Positions 1-13,882 of a stretch of 64,000 bases of DNA are shown here, in pieces; the first letter of the stretch is position 1; every line of letters begins with the position of its first letter. The translations under genes were made by a program, and so were the position numbers. Origin of the DNA: the human T2T-CHM13v2.0 reference genome, Homo sapiens; NCBI RefSeq assembly GCF_009914755.1, contig NC_060935.1. One strand, 5' to 3'. The notes beneath the pieces were generated by a model. The model saw only the letters and a program-made list of their open reading frames with translations. It was not told where the DNA came from and searched no databases.

Positions 1-5
1 AATGA

Positions 6-556
<551 letters not shown>

Positions 557-720
557 AGAGGGAAAAGTAAGAGGGCTCCAGGGGCTGAAAAACTACCTAT
601 TGAGTACTATGCATACTACCTGGGTGATGGGACTCACTTGTCCCCCAAATCCCAGCATCATGCAATAAACCCATGTAACAAACCTGCACATGTGTTCCTG
701 AATCTAAAATAAAAGTTGAC
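557..720 (+). mobile_element. L1 3' end fragment (old L1PA/L1PB type)
   Basis: aaaactacctattgagtactatg...catgtaacaaacctgcacatgt...tgaatctaaaataaaagttga is an L1 3' UTR terminus. Confidence 0.85.
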
Positions 721-721
721 T

Positions 722-797
722 CTATATATTACATATAATATAAAATATATATAATATGAAAATACATAATATATGTAATATATATATATATATATAT
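722..797. repeat. AT-rich/(TA)n low-complexity tract
   Basis: tatatattacatataatata...tatatatatata directly after the L1 3' end. Confidence 0.9.
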
Positions 798-1059
798 GCA
801 CTAAGCACTAAGAATGAAGCTTGTCATACTTTGGCTCTGATCACTATTCAGGTCAATTTGACTCAAGTCTCTTCTGTTCAAATTCAGAGTCACGTGGCTT
901 CTCTGAAGCTCAGCCTTGCTGGGGACAGGGCTGGTACCAACTTTCTCTGTCATTTCTACAACAGGATCCAGCTGCATTTGGTGCTAACTGCCTCTCATTT
1001 GTTTATGAGGTAACTGCTTTCTCTCTTTTCATTTCACTCTCCCTTCCCTCCAATTTCCA

Positions 1060-1300
1060 TTTCTTTTGTGAAATGGTTAAAGTGCTTGACATAATTAGCT
1101 GTTAATTGTTAGCAGCTGTACCCATTATCAGTTTAATGCCTAATTAATTGCAACAATTAATGCTGCCCGTCCTGTCTTAGGAACTGTTGAGGGAAGGCTG
1201 GTGTTGTTGAAGTTATATCTTAATTAATTTACCTCCAATTTTTAGCATTTAACTAAAAATCCCAAATTGGAAGCTGTTTTCCTCATATGAGTAATTGATG
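1060..1300. promoter_or_regulatory. Candidate homeodomain-motif-rich enhancer
   Basis: Repeat-free; TAATTA/TAATTG cluster with an E-box and a SOX site (motif inference only). Confidence 0.35.
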
Positions 1301-1704
1301 AGCAGAAGGTCTCAGTTCCACCCTTTGCAAGTTGAGTGTCTCTCAAAGTCAGTATCTGCAGTCAGGAAGTGGAGTTTCCAGCAGCCACCTTACTAGATGG
1401 TGGGGCCCTGTGCACAAATGTACTCTTCTCTGTAAATTTTTCTGTGCTGTATTGTTTTGAGAAAATGACAAGCCAAGAACCTCAAGAGCCAACAGCTTCT
1501 TCCACCAGACTTTGTTCAAAACTGCACTGGAGTACATATCCCATTGTAGATGACTTGTGTGGGAATCTGACCTGGGTTGAGCATCTTCATGGCAAGCCTG
1601 CCTGGGTCATGACTGCACCTCCAGCATTAGTAGGATGTTCAGTCCACTATTGAAGGGAAAACTGAGTGGATGAGTCCTAGTCTCAGCGTATCTAGCTTCT
1701 CCTG

Positions 1705-1870
1705 TGAGCCGGGCTTGGTGCTATATGCTTCACACACATAACATTTTTTTCCTAATTCTCAAAATAACCCTGCAATGTGGACATTATTTTCCTTTCTATC
1801 TTCTTATTTGTGGATGAGGAAACAAAGGCTTATAGAGATTATGTAACTGGCAAGTGATGGCATTATAGCT
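1705..1870 (-). mobile_element. MIR SINE fragment
   Basis: aataaccctgcaatg...gatgaggaaacaaaggct is the reverse complement of the MIR core. Confidence 0.7.
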
Positions 1871-2347
1871 CAAGCCTACATGATTCCAATTGCAATACAG
1901 GCTTGCCACCTTACAATCTTACCTTTCTTTGAATGAATGAATAGGTGAATCTTTTGTCACTTTGTTCTGAGGTGATCCATTGACTTTTAGAGTCCTAGGA
2001 CCCTACATCCCTTTGGGCAATCCCACTGTCTATCATCCTATGAAGAGGCCAATCCTCGTACGGGAGATGGAGAATGGGCCAGGTGGGCTTTTGACTTGGC
2101 AGTGGGATATAAAGGCAGGTGGCAGAGGCAAACATAAGAAACAGGTCCCTCTCTTTGGGTCTGGGGGAGTCAGGAAACTATGTATACCTCAGCTATGGGA
2201 GGTGTGCTCCAGGACTCTGTGCTGGACAGAAAGCTTGTCCTTGTAGTATGACACAGACCAGGACCTGGGTGGGGGACACCACCACTATAAGACACCACTA
2301 TCGTCTTAGGGCTTCAGCTCTGAGAGGAGCTCTCCGTAACATCCAGG

Positions 2348-2838
2348 TGTGGTAGGCTAAAATAATGGCTCCCCAAAGATATCCATGTCCTCGTCCCTGG
2401 AACAAGTGAATATTACTTTATATGGCAAAAAAAGGCCTTTGCATATGTAATTAAGGATTTTAAGAAAAAGAGATTATCCTGGATTGGTTAGGTGGGTCCT
2501 AAAAACAATCATATGTGTCCTCCTGAGAGGGAGGAAGAGGGATATTTGACATTTAAAAAAAGGAGAAGGCAATGTGACTGTAGAGGCAGAAATTTAAGTG
2601 ATGCAACCACAAGTCAAAGAATGCCAGAAGCCACCTGGAACCGGAAGAGACAAGGAAGGATTCTCCCCTAGAGCTTCTGGAGAAAGCATAACCCTGTCAG
2701 CACCTTGATTTCAGCTCAGTGATACTGGCTTCAGACTTCTGGCCTTCTAGAACTCCAGAATGAAGAGAATAAATTTCTATTGTTTTAAGTCATCAGGTTT
2801 GTGGTAATTTGTTAGGACATCCATAGAAAACGAGTATG
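2348..2838 (+). mobile_element. MLT1C/D solo LTR (MaLR)
   Basis: Starts tgtggtaggctaaaataatggctccccaaagatatcc; contains gagaataaatttctattgttttaagtc; ends near aaacgagtatg. Confidence 0.88.
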
Positions 2839-3016
2839 CCAAATTTGTTTCCTTTGTTATAATATTTTTGTTATCTCTAAGTCTTCAGCAAAGTTTTGTT
2901 AAGCATTAAAAAAGACAAGAGAAAAAAATTGCGATGAGAGCTGGAGTTTCTTCAGAATTATCTGGTTGAGAAATTTCTTGGGGTACATATACAACTCATT
3001 ATAATAACTTCAGGGT

Positions 3017-3520
3017 GGCAAATTTAGGATTAGGTCTTAATGCATATTTAAGAAAACACTCAAATACTATATAGCTTAAATAAAGGAGAAGTTTTTTTTT
3101 TTTTTTTGCATAAAACAAGTCTAGAGTTAGGCAATCCCAAGCTAGTGGGGGCAGCCAGCCACACAGAGTTGTCAGGAACCAGTTCCCTTCTAATTGCTCA
3201 AGTGTACAGTCCACATCCTCGTGGTCCAGGATGACTGCTAGAGTTCCAGGCATCACATCTGAGTTCCAGAAGCAGAATGGAGAAGGCAGAAAGAAGGGTC
3301 CACCTTCTCACTCTTAAGGAGGCTTCCAGGAAGTTTCTCACACATTTCTGCTTATGTCTCTTTGGCTAGAAATTAGTTACATGTAACACAGCTGCAATGG
3401 ATGATTGGAATTGGACTGTTTTACCCAGGTGACAGTATGCCCAGCTAAAAAATTAGATCCTGTTGATGAAAAGAAGGGGAAATGGATATTTGGAGGCAAC
3501 TAGCCATTTCTATCTCACCA
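3017..3520 (-). mobile_element. MLT1J-like LTR (MaLR)
   Basis: tccaggcatcacatctgagttccag, ttctgcttatgtctctttggctagaa and ggatatttggaggcaact are typical of old MLT1 in reverse. Confidence 0.72.
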
Positions 3521-3864
3521 ACTATTCAAGTTCTAGACAGTGAGGGGGAGGGATATAAGTTAAATTATAATTAACTAATGTGTGGGCTTTTTTTTTTTTA
3601 AGACCTCACCTGAAGTAGATTTTAGTTCTGATGCTGCAGTGTAGTCTAACGTTTGTTTGTGTAAAGTATCCAGGCAACCATGGATAGAATGGCTGTGGGT
3701 CTGAAAACCATAAGGAACAGGAGAGGAAACAGGTTGTTTAGGTGAAAAAGAGTTTTTTTTTTTTTTATAAGGACAAAAAGATCTGTTTTTCAATAAATTC
3801 CTGTCCTATGGATGTGAAAATGAACTACATCTGTGATAAGATAGAAGGGGAATGGGGTGGAAGG

Positions 3865-4030
3865 GAGGCCAATTTTAGCTGAATAGGGAAAAGAAATTTC
3901 TAACAACTGAAAAGCCGGCAATGGTACAGCTGCCTCTCAGAGACGTGACTCCCTTTCTGGGCTGGGAGCTGCGGGGGTGCTGGGAGTGAGCCTAAAGCAG
4001 GGGCTGGACTGGATGACTTCCCTCTGATCA
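3865..4030 (+). mobile_element. CR1/L3 LINE 3' fragment
   Basis: aagaaatttctaacaactg...cagctgcctctcagag...ggggctggactggatgact resembles the L3 3' end. Confidence 0.5.
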
Positions 4031-4947
4031 CATGACTCAGTGGGGAGGCCCTCTAGGAGCTTGTCAAAGATCACAGTGGAGGACACAGCACCGTGGGGGA
4101 CTGTGTCTAATTAAGAGACAAATGAATGAGGCTGTCAGGGAGAGGGGAATTTCCATGCCCCAGGGTAACAAAGCTACAGTTGCTGCTGGGCTAAGGCCTG
4201 GAGGTCTGTGCCAGCTTCCCAAAAAAAGAATGTAGGGAGTGTGGCTTAAGCTTGGTGCCCAGCCCTGAATCTGGACAGCCCAAGGTGGGAGGGGCCCAGG
4301 ACAATGGGATGGCGGGGCCTCATTTTATTTGCCTCCTGCTGTGCTTAACTTGGTAGGGGCAGTTAGACAGTTCCCAGCATCTTCTGAGACAAGCCTGGCA
4401 ATCCGAGGGTGTCAGGGCCAAAGATGAGGGCTGGAGGGGAGAAAAAACCTGGATCTTTTGTCTGTATCTATATGGAATTACAGACTAAAGTCTTCTGGAC
4501 TTCATGCTGAAGCTTCTCCAAAAGGCTGTGACTTGGTGCATGACTGTAGGCTATTTTGTGGATGTTTGAATGATGTTAGCTCTGTTGTGGGGTAATCATA
4601 GGTCATGCACTAACAAGAGCTGCCTTTCTATCCAGAAGAAGCACAGTGGCTCTCCTTCCATGAAATGATGGCTTGTCCCCACTGTTGTGAGCATACAGAG
4701 AACAGGAAACATGTTTAAGGCTCTGTCTCAGGAACCTGTGGTGGTCTGGCCTATTTTGATTGCAAGTGGCAAAAGCCACCCCCCGAACTAGCTTGAGCAG
4801 AAAGGGAAATTTCTTGCCCCCTGTCATCAGAAGTAGATCTGGCACAGTGGGTTCAACACCTCGCACTCTGACATTGGAGCTCTCCTCTTGCTCTGCTTGG
4901 CATGGTTCTTTTTGCATATTGGCCCAGACTCTCTGACCTCAGCCAAG

Positions 4948-5071
4948 CAGTCACCTGGAAGAGATGGTTCGGGGAGCTTCAAACTTACAGCTTGCATTCC
5001 AGCTACCCCCAGTCACCTGGAAGAGATGGTTCAGGGAGCTCCAAACTCACAGCTTGCATTCCAGCTACCCC
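4948..5071. repeat. 62-bp direct tandem duplication (2 copies)
   Basis: 4948-5009 and 5010-5071 differ at 3 of 62 positions. Confidence 0.95.
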
Positions 5072-5809
5072 GTGTCTTCATCTCCCCTCTGTTCCTTAGC
5101 CAGAGGCCAGTTGTCTCCTAGACAAGTGTCCTGACCAGAGGGTCTTTGGAAACAGGAAGACCCTTAGCAGGGAGCGTGTAGAGAAGTCCCAGCATGGTTC
5201 TCAGGGTCTTCCATGCCTTCCTTCTTCAGTTCCTCAGGAGTGTGGGAAGGATAATTTGTTTATATGTGACCAGGCACCTTGCCAGTATTTCTGTCAGCAG
5301 TGCCAGGGCTCTGGAAGGGCTTAACGTGGCTGCTCCCAAGCCCTGGACAGGAGCTGCAGCCAAGGAACTCATGACATGTCTCTGAGCGGGCCTGAGCTCC
5401 TCAGTCTTTCCCGTCACCATTCCTTGTGTTGGCCTGACCTCAGAGCCCTCAAGCTCTGGACCCAGGCATGACCTCGGGCCCTTTGCTTACTGTGTGTCAG
5501 CTGCCTGAGGAGGGCCTTTGGTCTCAGCCTGTAGCTGTGGCCCCTGGAGCCTGTTTTGGAATCATCCCAACAAAGACAGCTTTGACCTCTCCCCTGGAGG
5601 AAGCTGCTTTGACAAATGCTGAGATGCTGTTTATGCCTTCTCAGGCTGGATTGCAGGGTCACAACCTGCTCCACTTGCCTAAAAAAACATAAAGTCTGAG
5701 GTTTCCTTTTGGGACAGGACCAGGGGCACAGGAATTTAAAGGGTTTGGACATATCTATTAAGCAAGAGAGATCTCAGTAAGACTTGACTTCTATGTTGCC
5801 ACCATGTGT

Positions 5810-6318
5810 TCCCTGTGGTTTTTGCCTGTAGGAATCGGGGTTCCTCATGGTAAGCAGTTGAAGCCAATTCTGGCTGACACAGCAGGAAAGGTTTAGTAAC
5901 AGGATGTTGGGTGTCTCACAGAATCAGCAGAGCCTGGGAAACCAGGCCCCAGGCTACACGTGCAGAATAATGTTCCACTACACGTGGCAGAACTGGCTTA
6001 ATGAGAAAACTGCTGTGGCACCGCCACTGCCGCCAACTGGATGTTCTAATTTGTATCACAATTTGCCAGGAACATGACCATTGTCACCACTGCTGCCTTC
6101 AGTGTCCATGCCACATCTGGCCCCAGAATGTCACCTTATCATCCCAGCAGCTCCTCAGCCACCTGCTTATGTCTTAGCTGCAAAGGAGGCTGGGAAAGTG
6201 ACTGTTATTGTTTCTACTTTTAGGAGGCAGGATGCATAGGATGGAAAATTCCTCTAATGTAAGAAGGGTGTTTAAAGGGGCTGGGCAGCCAGGAAACTTG
6301 ACAACGGCCCACCGTACC
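5810..6318 (-). mobile_element. Old MLT1 (K-N-like) LTR
   Basis: caattctggctgac...gggtgtctcacagaatc...cttagctgcaaaggaggctgggaaagtga motifs. Confidence 0.6.
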
Positions 6319-6873
6319 AGCTGTGTAAGGTGTGTACCGCAACTTTGAGGGGAAGCAGTTTGCATGTAACTCAAGGGTGCTGCCTGAGATGGCTGATGCA
6401 GTGACCGCATCCTCAGAGGGGAGTCATAGAGGAGGAGAGCCCTCCAGGGTCAAGTCATAAGTGAGAAACACAAGTTCCTGGTGCAGTGATGGGAGGTGGG
6501 GGCTTGCAAGGGAGTTTCAGTGACGGTGTCTGGTGTCTTTCCTTTCTGCATCTCCAGGGAAAGATGAGATTTGCTGTGAGTCACTCTAGTTGGTCCTAGC
6601 TTCCAGCCCTGGGTTGCTAGACTAGATTAGCAGACTTTCCAGAGTGTGTTTTCCTTAGAGTTGATTGAAGCAAAATGCTGGGCACCCGTCTAGGATTCAC
6701 CTAGAAGGAATCAAAGGAGAAAGGCAACAGAGTCCAAAAGTGGGACTTAACCCAGCAATGTAATCTGTTTTAAAAATAACTTCTTCCTGTCACTCTCAGC
6801 AAGATGTGGCTCCCACAGAGTCTTGCTTGGGGTCTGGGCTATCCAATACCTAAAACGGGTTTCCAAAAATAAA

Positions 6874-7105
6874 GCTGACATTTATTGAGTGCCATGTGTC
6901 AGGCACTTTATGGAAGGCTTACACAAATTATCTGAGTTAATCCTCACAGAAACACCATGAAGTATGAGCTATTATTACCCCTGTTTTACAGTTGAGGAAA
7001 CTCAGGTTTAAAGAGGATAAATAACTCCACTAATGGTTAATTAGCCAGTATCAGAGCTGGGATTTGAACCTTAGCAGCCTGACCTCAAAGCCCACGTTGC
7101 TAAAT
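6874..7105 (-). mobile_element. MIR SINE
   Basis: catttattgagtgcc...ttaatcctcac...ttttacagttgaggaaactcagg...gggatttgaacc. Confidence 0.85.
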
Positions 7106-8192
7106 TGTCTCCCTAGAATCTTGAGCTAGAAAGTAACTTGACCTCCCCAACATGAGGTTTACATTCTGCTTGGCTCTTCTAGAGTTCAGTCTAAATCAAA
7201 GTTAGAAAAAGCTATGCTGGGTAGACCTATCTGTGCTAGGTCCTGCACACAAATATGTAATCTAAACTTCTGGGTGGGGCAGCCCCTTCCTTAGTCACAC
7301 AGCCCATCATCCTCAGATGCTTCAATCTGAGGTCTGACTAAGTCAGCAAGTGCGAGCAAAGGGTGACCAGGGTGTTGAGCTGAGACTGCAGGCAACACCT
7401 CCCTGTAGGGGTGTGAGGCTCTCACTATCTACAGGAGAAGCAGGAAACTGCCCACATCAGCAGGAGACTCCAGATGTCTAGGGAAGAAGGAAAAGAGAGA
7501 ATCATTGAAAAGGAGATAAATGGAGAACAGAGGGCTGACTGGGAAAGAATGAGGATCCCCCAGGGATGTCTCAGTGGGCTGGAGGAGTGCCCTCAGACTG
7601 GATTAGACTTCTCTCTGGACCCCCTCCCTCCACATGCTTTCTGATTGTGTCTTTGGGTGGTTGCAGCCTCTACCAGATGACTGCACATTACACAATAACA
7701 AGGGCGAGTTGTGGGATCCTCCCTGTGGTAAGTGCTCAGTGCATGTTTGTTTACTGAGATGAATAAATGAGTCCTATCCTAGGGACAGCAGGGATTTGGG
7801 AAAGTGGAGAGAAATCCAGCCTGAGGAAGGAAATCCTTAAAAAACAAAAGTCCTCTTTGAGATTAGGTTCTACGTCCAGGCTAGGCAGAGGCAGTCCTGG
7901 AGAGGTGAACACCTGGCAGGTGGCTATGCTGCCTGCTGGAGGGTCCACCACAGAGCCCTTCCCACTCCATGGAGGCTGCTCATGCTCTGTGAGCCCCTGG
8001 GTAACAGCCTGCCTGGAGCCAGGAGCTGAGGCTCTTTCCATTCTTGCTTCCAGGGAAAGAAGTGGGTGAACTCTCTGCTCCGGAGTCTGAAAACTGTCAG
8101 GAAGGGAGGCATAAGTGGCACCAGGGGTGGAGAAATATGGAACATCAGGAGTCATCCTGGTATGTTGGAAGAAGCTTCAGTGTCAGAGCAGA

Positions 8193-9000
8193 GTCATCCA
8201 TTCAGTAGACATTTATTGAGCGTTTAGGCTATATCAGACATTGTGCTAAACACAGAGGGGTGAGTGAGACAGACAGCCCCTGCCTTTGTAACGGTTATAA
8301 TCGGGTAGAGAAGACAACAAATCCACACTTACAATGTAGTCTGAAAGAATTATTTTGGGGTGCTATGGGAGACAGAAGATAGCCATGGAATCCAGATTTG
8401 GGGTTGCTGGGTAGTGACATCTAAGCTAAAACTGTGAGTAGGAATTGGCTAGGAAAAAGGAAGTATTATGGCCTGAATGTGTCTCCCCAAAATTCCTGTG
8501 TTGAGATCTAACCCTCAATGTGATGGAATTAGGAGGTGGGGCTTTTGGGAGGTAATCAAGTCATGAGGGCGGAACCCTCATGAGTGGGGTAAGTGCCCTT
8601 ATAAAAGAGGCCGCAGAGAGCTGCCTTGCCCCCTTCCACCAGGTAAGGACACATGAGACACATGCCCTGTATGAACCAGGAAGCCAAACCTGTTGGCACC
8701 TTGATCATAGACTTCCCAGCCTCCAGAACTTGGAGAAATAATTTTCTCCTGTTTATAAGCCATCTGGTTTATGGTCTTTTCTCATAGCAGCATGAACTGA
8801 CTAAGAAAGGCAGAAAGGGAATAGGAAGGTAGTTTCAGACAGAGGGAGTAAAAACCTGACCTATTAAAAGGATCTGAAATAGCCCAGTCTGGCTGAATGT
8901 GAACTCTCAATGGAACAATGGTGAGAGATGTGTCTGCAAGACCTGGTCCGCCATGATGAGGAGCTTAGGCTCTGTCTTGATATAAACTGAAAAAAGCTGT
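8193..9000 (-). mobile_element. L2 3' fragment interrupted by an MLT1A LTR
   Basis: catccattcagtagacatttattgagc...attgtgctaaac is the L2 3' end in reverse; L2-like sequence resumes after 8808. Confidence 0.6.
8464..8808 (+). mobile_element. MLT1A/A0 solo LTR
   Basis: tattatggcctgaatgtgtctccccaaaattc...gtgcccttataaaagagg...gactaagaa; near-TSD ggaag/ggcag. Confidence 0.88.
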
Positions 9001-11126
9001 GGCTCTGTGTTTCTTAGTTTCTGTATAGAGCTGCATTTGGAGAAGAGCAAGCCAACCAACAAATAATAATTTGATTTAAATCTGTATTGAGATCTCTTAA
9101 AGAATGCTAAGAGGAATCCATTTCACCCACATACCACTTCTCAGAAATCCCCCCTTTTCCTCCCTAATTGTCTCACTTCCCACAGCTCCCAAATCCCAAA
9201 CTGTTTCTCCAGCCCTACTCACTTGGTTTCCTTCCTCTCTCTTTTGCCCCCTGCCCCTCGCCCCTAGCCAATGCTGTGTGAATCTAATGACTGAGTCAGC
9301 TTAAAACAACATTAACTCAGAGCTTAAAACATGAGCTTGATAAACCTTTCTCATCCTAACAGCAATTCCTGATTTTACGTGTGTCCAACCAGCCTTACAA
9401 GGGTTGAGGAGGCGGAGCATCTTTGCATTTGGACTTTCTCGAGGCCATCACATACCCTTCTGATGCTTCTACCGTGATCCAGGCAGGGTAGAAATAAAGG
9501 TGATCTGAGAAGACCTAACCCAAAGGAAACAAAAATCAGAGCCCAGATCCCCCAGCTGAGCCATTAAACCAAAGGGGCTGGGAAGAGACAGTAAATCCAG
9601 ACATGAGGCCATTGGATAGAAATGGGAAATGACATGAAAACGAAAACCACTTCAAAATGAAAAAGATGGAGCCAGGAAAATTTCCCTGTACTGAGGAGGG
9701 TAGCACCAGAATTTTTCCAAGGCAACTGCAGCCTCATGACCTGTGATGGAGGGAAAGAAGGCTGGTGATGGTAGCCAGCCAGCCTGCTGAGTGGCCCGTG
9801 ATTGTACATTTCAATTCCTGCAGACAGAGAAACAAGGATAGAGAAAAAAGAAGGGGAAAGGAGGTGAAAGAAGGTGAAAGGGAAGGGAGGAAGGCAAGAC
9901 GGAAGCCGAAGCAGAAGCAGGAATAGAAACCAGAAATAGAGAGGCAGCATGTCATTCCGGATTCTACCACAGCTCCATCACAAACTGAGTTCGGGGAACT
10001 CTCTCTCCAAGAGTCCTAACTCCTGGTTTTTATCTCTAATAGGTTTTAGTAGGAACTGTTGTGGAATGTTTTTTTTCCTTTTTAAAAAATCCAAGGAGAT
10101 TTTATGCTTTTAATAAGCTTTCCTGTTCCTGAACTGCTGTGGATAAACCATGATCCCAGAAGCCAGTTCCAGTTCTTAGTAGACAGGCAGGAAGCATTCA
10201 GTGAGAGATGCTCCCCAAGCACCTCCGAGTCCAGAGTTGTCTTGTAGAAATCCCAGGCTGGACAGCCTTAGGGATATGTGGAACAGACAACCTGAAGGCC
10301 AGAACAATCATGAGAGGGTGTGGACCACACCCCAGCAGCCATCCAGCTATCTCTAGGAGCCAGATCCCAAACCGCTGAAGGTAACATTGGTCCTGGATGT
10401 GAAAGGATGTTTACTAAGACATGTGTACCCCAACTTCTCAGGCCTTAAGCCAGCCCGAGCTGCTGTGTGTGTGCACAGGTGAGTGCGCGCATACACACAC
10501 CCTAATATACCCTTATCTAGGATTAGCAGCTGGAACCTAGCCTGATAATGTATACACATGGGTGAATCTAGACACCAGTGTGGCCTGAGTTGTCTGAGTA
10601 ACTGGTCTAGGCTTTTCCACTAGTTCTATGGGCCCTGCTGACACTCCCTGAAAGAGCTGGGCCAGCCAGGCCATTTCCTGGACCCCAGTCTCTAAGAGTA
10701 TGTCAACATTGCCAAGTGGTTAAATAGAAATAACTTCTCACAACAAGAGTATTCTTTTTTAAAAAAATTTTTATTTCCATAGGTTTCTGGGGGACAGGTG
10801 GTGTTTGGTTACATAAGTAAGTTCTTTAGTGGTGATCTGTGCAATTTTGGTGCACCCATCACCCGAGCAGTATACACTGCACCCAATTTGTAGTCTTTTA
10901 TCCCTCACCCCCTTCCCACCCTTTCTCCCTGAGTCCTCAAAGTTCATTGTGTCATTCTTATGCTTTTGCATGCTCATAACTTAGCTCCCACTTATGAGTG
11001 AGAATATACTATGTTTGGTTTTCCATTCCTGAGTTACTTCACTTAGACTAACAGTCTACAATACCATCCAGGTTGCTGCAAATGCCATTGATTCATTCCT
11101 TTTTATGGCTGAGTAGTGTTCCATCA

Positions 11127-11128
<2 letters not shown>

Positions 11129-11188
<60 letters not shown>

Positions 11189-11321
11189 TTCATATATATA
11201 CACATTCATATATATACACATTCATATATATATACACACACATATATATACACATATATACATACATACACATATATATACACACATATACATATATCTA
11301 CACATACACACACACACACAC
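11129..11321. repeat. Compound (TA)n/(CA)n microsatellite inside L1PB
   Basis: About 21 pure TA units followed by mixed tata/caca units. Confidence 0.95.
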
Positions 11322-11637
11322 CAGTTTCTTTATTCATTCCTTGATTGATAGACATTTGGGTTGGTTTCACAGTTTTGCAATTATGAATTGTGTTGCTATG
11401 AACAAGCATGTACAAGTATCTTTTTTGTATAGTGACTTCTTTTCATCTGGGTAGATACCCAGTAGTGGGATTGCTGGATCAAATGGTAGTTCTACTTTTA
11501 GTTCTTTAAGGAATCTCTCCACTGTTTTCCATAGTGGTTGTACTAGTTTACCTTCCCATTAGCAGTGTACAAGTGTTCCCTGATCACCACATCCATGCCA
11601 ACATCTACTATTTTTTGATTTTTTGATGATGGCCATT

Positions 11638-11931
<294 letters not shown>

Positions 11932-12966
11932 TGATGATGGCCATTCTTGAAGGAGTAAGGTGGTATTGCATTGTGGTTTTGATTTGCATTGCCCTGATCA
12001 TTAGTGATGTGTGATTTTCAGAAGATATACAAATGGCCAACAAACATATCAAGAAGAGTATTCTATAAGCTCAGTAGGAAGGCTTTGATAAATAGCTTGA
12101 GGGTAAAGGGTGAGGCCTCCCAAGGGACAAACTTGATCAACAATAAATAGCTGCTAAATCGCCTTTTAGAGAAGGTGGGTCCAATGAAACCCAGGGCTCT
12201 TGTTTTAGTGAGGGGGGCTTGAGTGTTGGGGGGTAAGAGCAAATTGCTCAGAGAAGCTGAGAGCTGGAAGTACTTTTTTCTTCCTCTGCCTCTCCCTGTC
12301 TGGAGTTTAAGCACTCTCTTATGGCCTTGGGTTGCCTTGGCCACCTTCTCTGATGGCATTTATATGAACACATTGCATTTATTGAGAAGGCCAACTTTTG
12401 TTCTACCTCCTTTCAGGGGGCTTCCCCTCTCCCACCACCTCCACAAAGGGCTCATGAATGCAAGCCCCAACACCATCCAGTTTATTGGCCCTCTCCCCAA
12501 GCCCTTGCTGTTGGTGGTCTCCTCGCCTGTTCTTGGCCTCACTGTCCCAGGCTGGGTCTTGGCTCCTGGCTCACTGAGAGCTAGACTTTGCCAGCTCCCG
12601 TCCTTTTTGATTTGGGTGACCCTATTCTTCCTGAGTTTTTAAGCTTTGGATTCTTGAAGTTTTATGCTCTGACTATTTGGGTTTTGGGAAGCCTCTGTTG
12701 TTTCAGATGAGAGGACTCCACCATGGCTATGAATCATGGAATCTTCTAGAAATAACCCCTTCTCAGTCCTGTTGGGCCTTATACTTTATACTGGGATGTG
12801 CAGATCTGAGCATGGGAAAAATTGGGCTGTAGAAGCAAGGCATTTTTTTTTTGGATGAGAAGATCCTTTAAACTTGCTGGCAAGGGGTTGAAACAGCACC
12901 TCCACATTCGAGCTCAGAGATAACCCTGTGAAGAACTCATAGTTATCATTGACTGAACACCTACAA

Positions 12967-13882
12967 TAGTCGATTCTTGTTATTTGCAGGAGTTGTGTTC
13001 TGTGATGTTTCTGCTAATGTTGAATTAGCCAATAATGAACCATTGTTTCTAGGGGAAGTGCAGACCTGTGAGCCTCTGGTCACACGTTCCTCAACTGATC
13101 CATACATAACCTTGTCTTGTGTGTGTTTCTGTTTAAAGTCACCTTATTTGGTATGCATTGTTGATTCATTAACATTGAACTCATGGCCAATAGCACTAGA
13201 ACTCATGCCTGAGTGAAGTTTACCTAACACACATATATTCTCCCTAAGGCACTTCACAGCCTTCCTGCACATAGGAATTCTAGAAAGTGCTTTAACATTA
13301 CACTTGGTGGCCATTTTACATAGTAGAATGACCAAAAAAAAAAAAAAAAAATACTTGTTAGGTGAGTGTGGTAGCTCACATCTGTAACCCCAGCACTTTG
13401 GAGAGCTGAGGTGGGTGGATTGCTTGAGCCCAGGACTTCGGGACCAGCCTGGACAACACAGTGAGACTTTGTTTCTACAAAATATTAAACAATTAGCGAG
13501 GTGTGGTGGTGCATGCCTATAGTCCTAGTTATTCAGGATGCTGAGGTGGGAGGATGGCTTGAGCCCAGGAGGTTAAGGCTGCAGTGAGCCATGATTGTGC
13601 CACCACTGTACTCTAGCCTGGATGACAGAACCAGACCCTGTCTCAAAAATAAAAAAGGACATTTGTTTATAGTATGAGAGCTGAAATGAGAAGGCAGAGC
13701 CTCCCCTTGCTCCATCTCACCTGGGAATGTGCACATCAGGCTTCTCAAAATTGTCACTGCTCTGTGCATGCTTGCAAATGACCGCAAAAAGTGCTTCGGG
13801 CATTGATTTTGGGGTTATACATAAATTTAAGCGAGGAGGTGAATTTGCAAATATGGAATTGGTGAGTAATGAGGATTGATTT
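12967..13882 (-). mobile_element. MER82 (TcMar-Tigger) DNA transposon, split by an AluJ and inserted in an L2 fragment
   Basis: Degenerate terminal inverted repeats (agtcgattcttgttatttgc / gtaatgaggattga); ORF 13144-13335 gives a Tigger N-terminal HTH relic ([21 protein letters not shown]). Confidence 0.88.
13361..13656 (+). mobile_element. AluJ SINE
   Basis: ggattgcttgagcccagg and gaggatggcttgagcccaggagg are J diagnostics; A tail present. Confidence 0.92.

Noticed and set aside
11073-11454. IY/HT-rich ORFs (and CV-rich ORFs at 15.7-16.1 kb)
   Set aside because: Artefacts of dinucleotide microsatellites that lack stop codons.
13144-13335. Transposase-like ORF as a domesticated TIGD/CENP-B gene
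   Set aside because: Only the N-terminal HTH relic normally present in non-autonomous MER82; no DDE domain follows.
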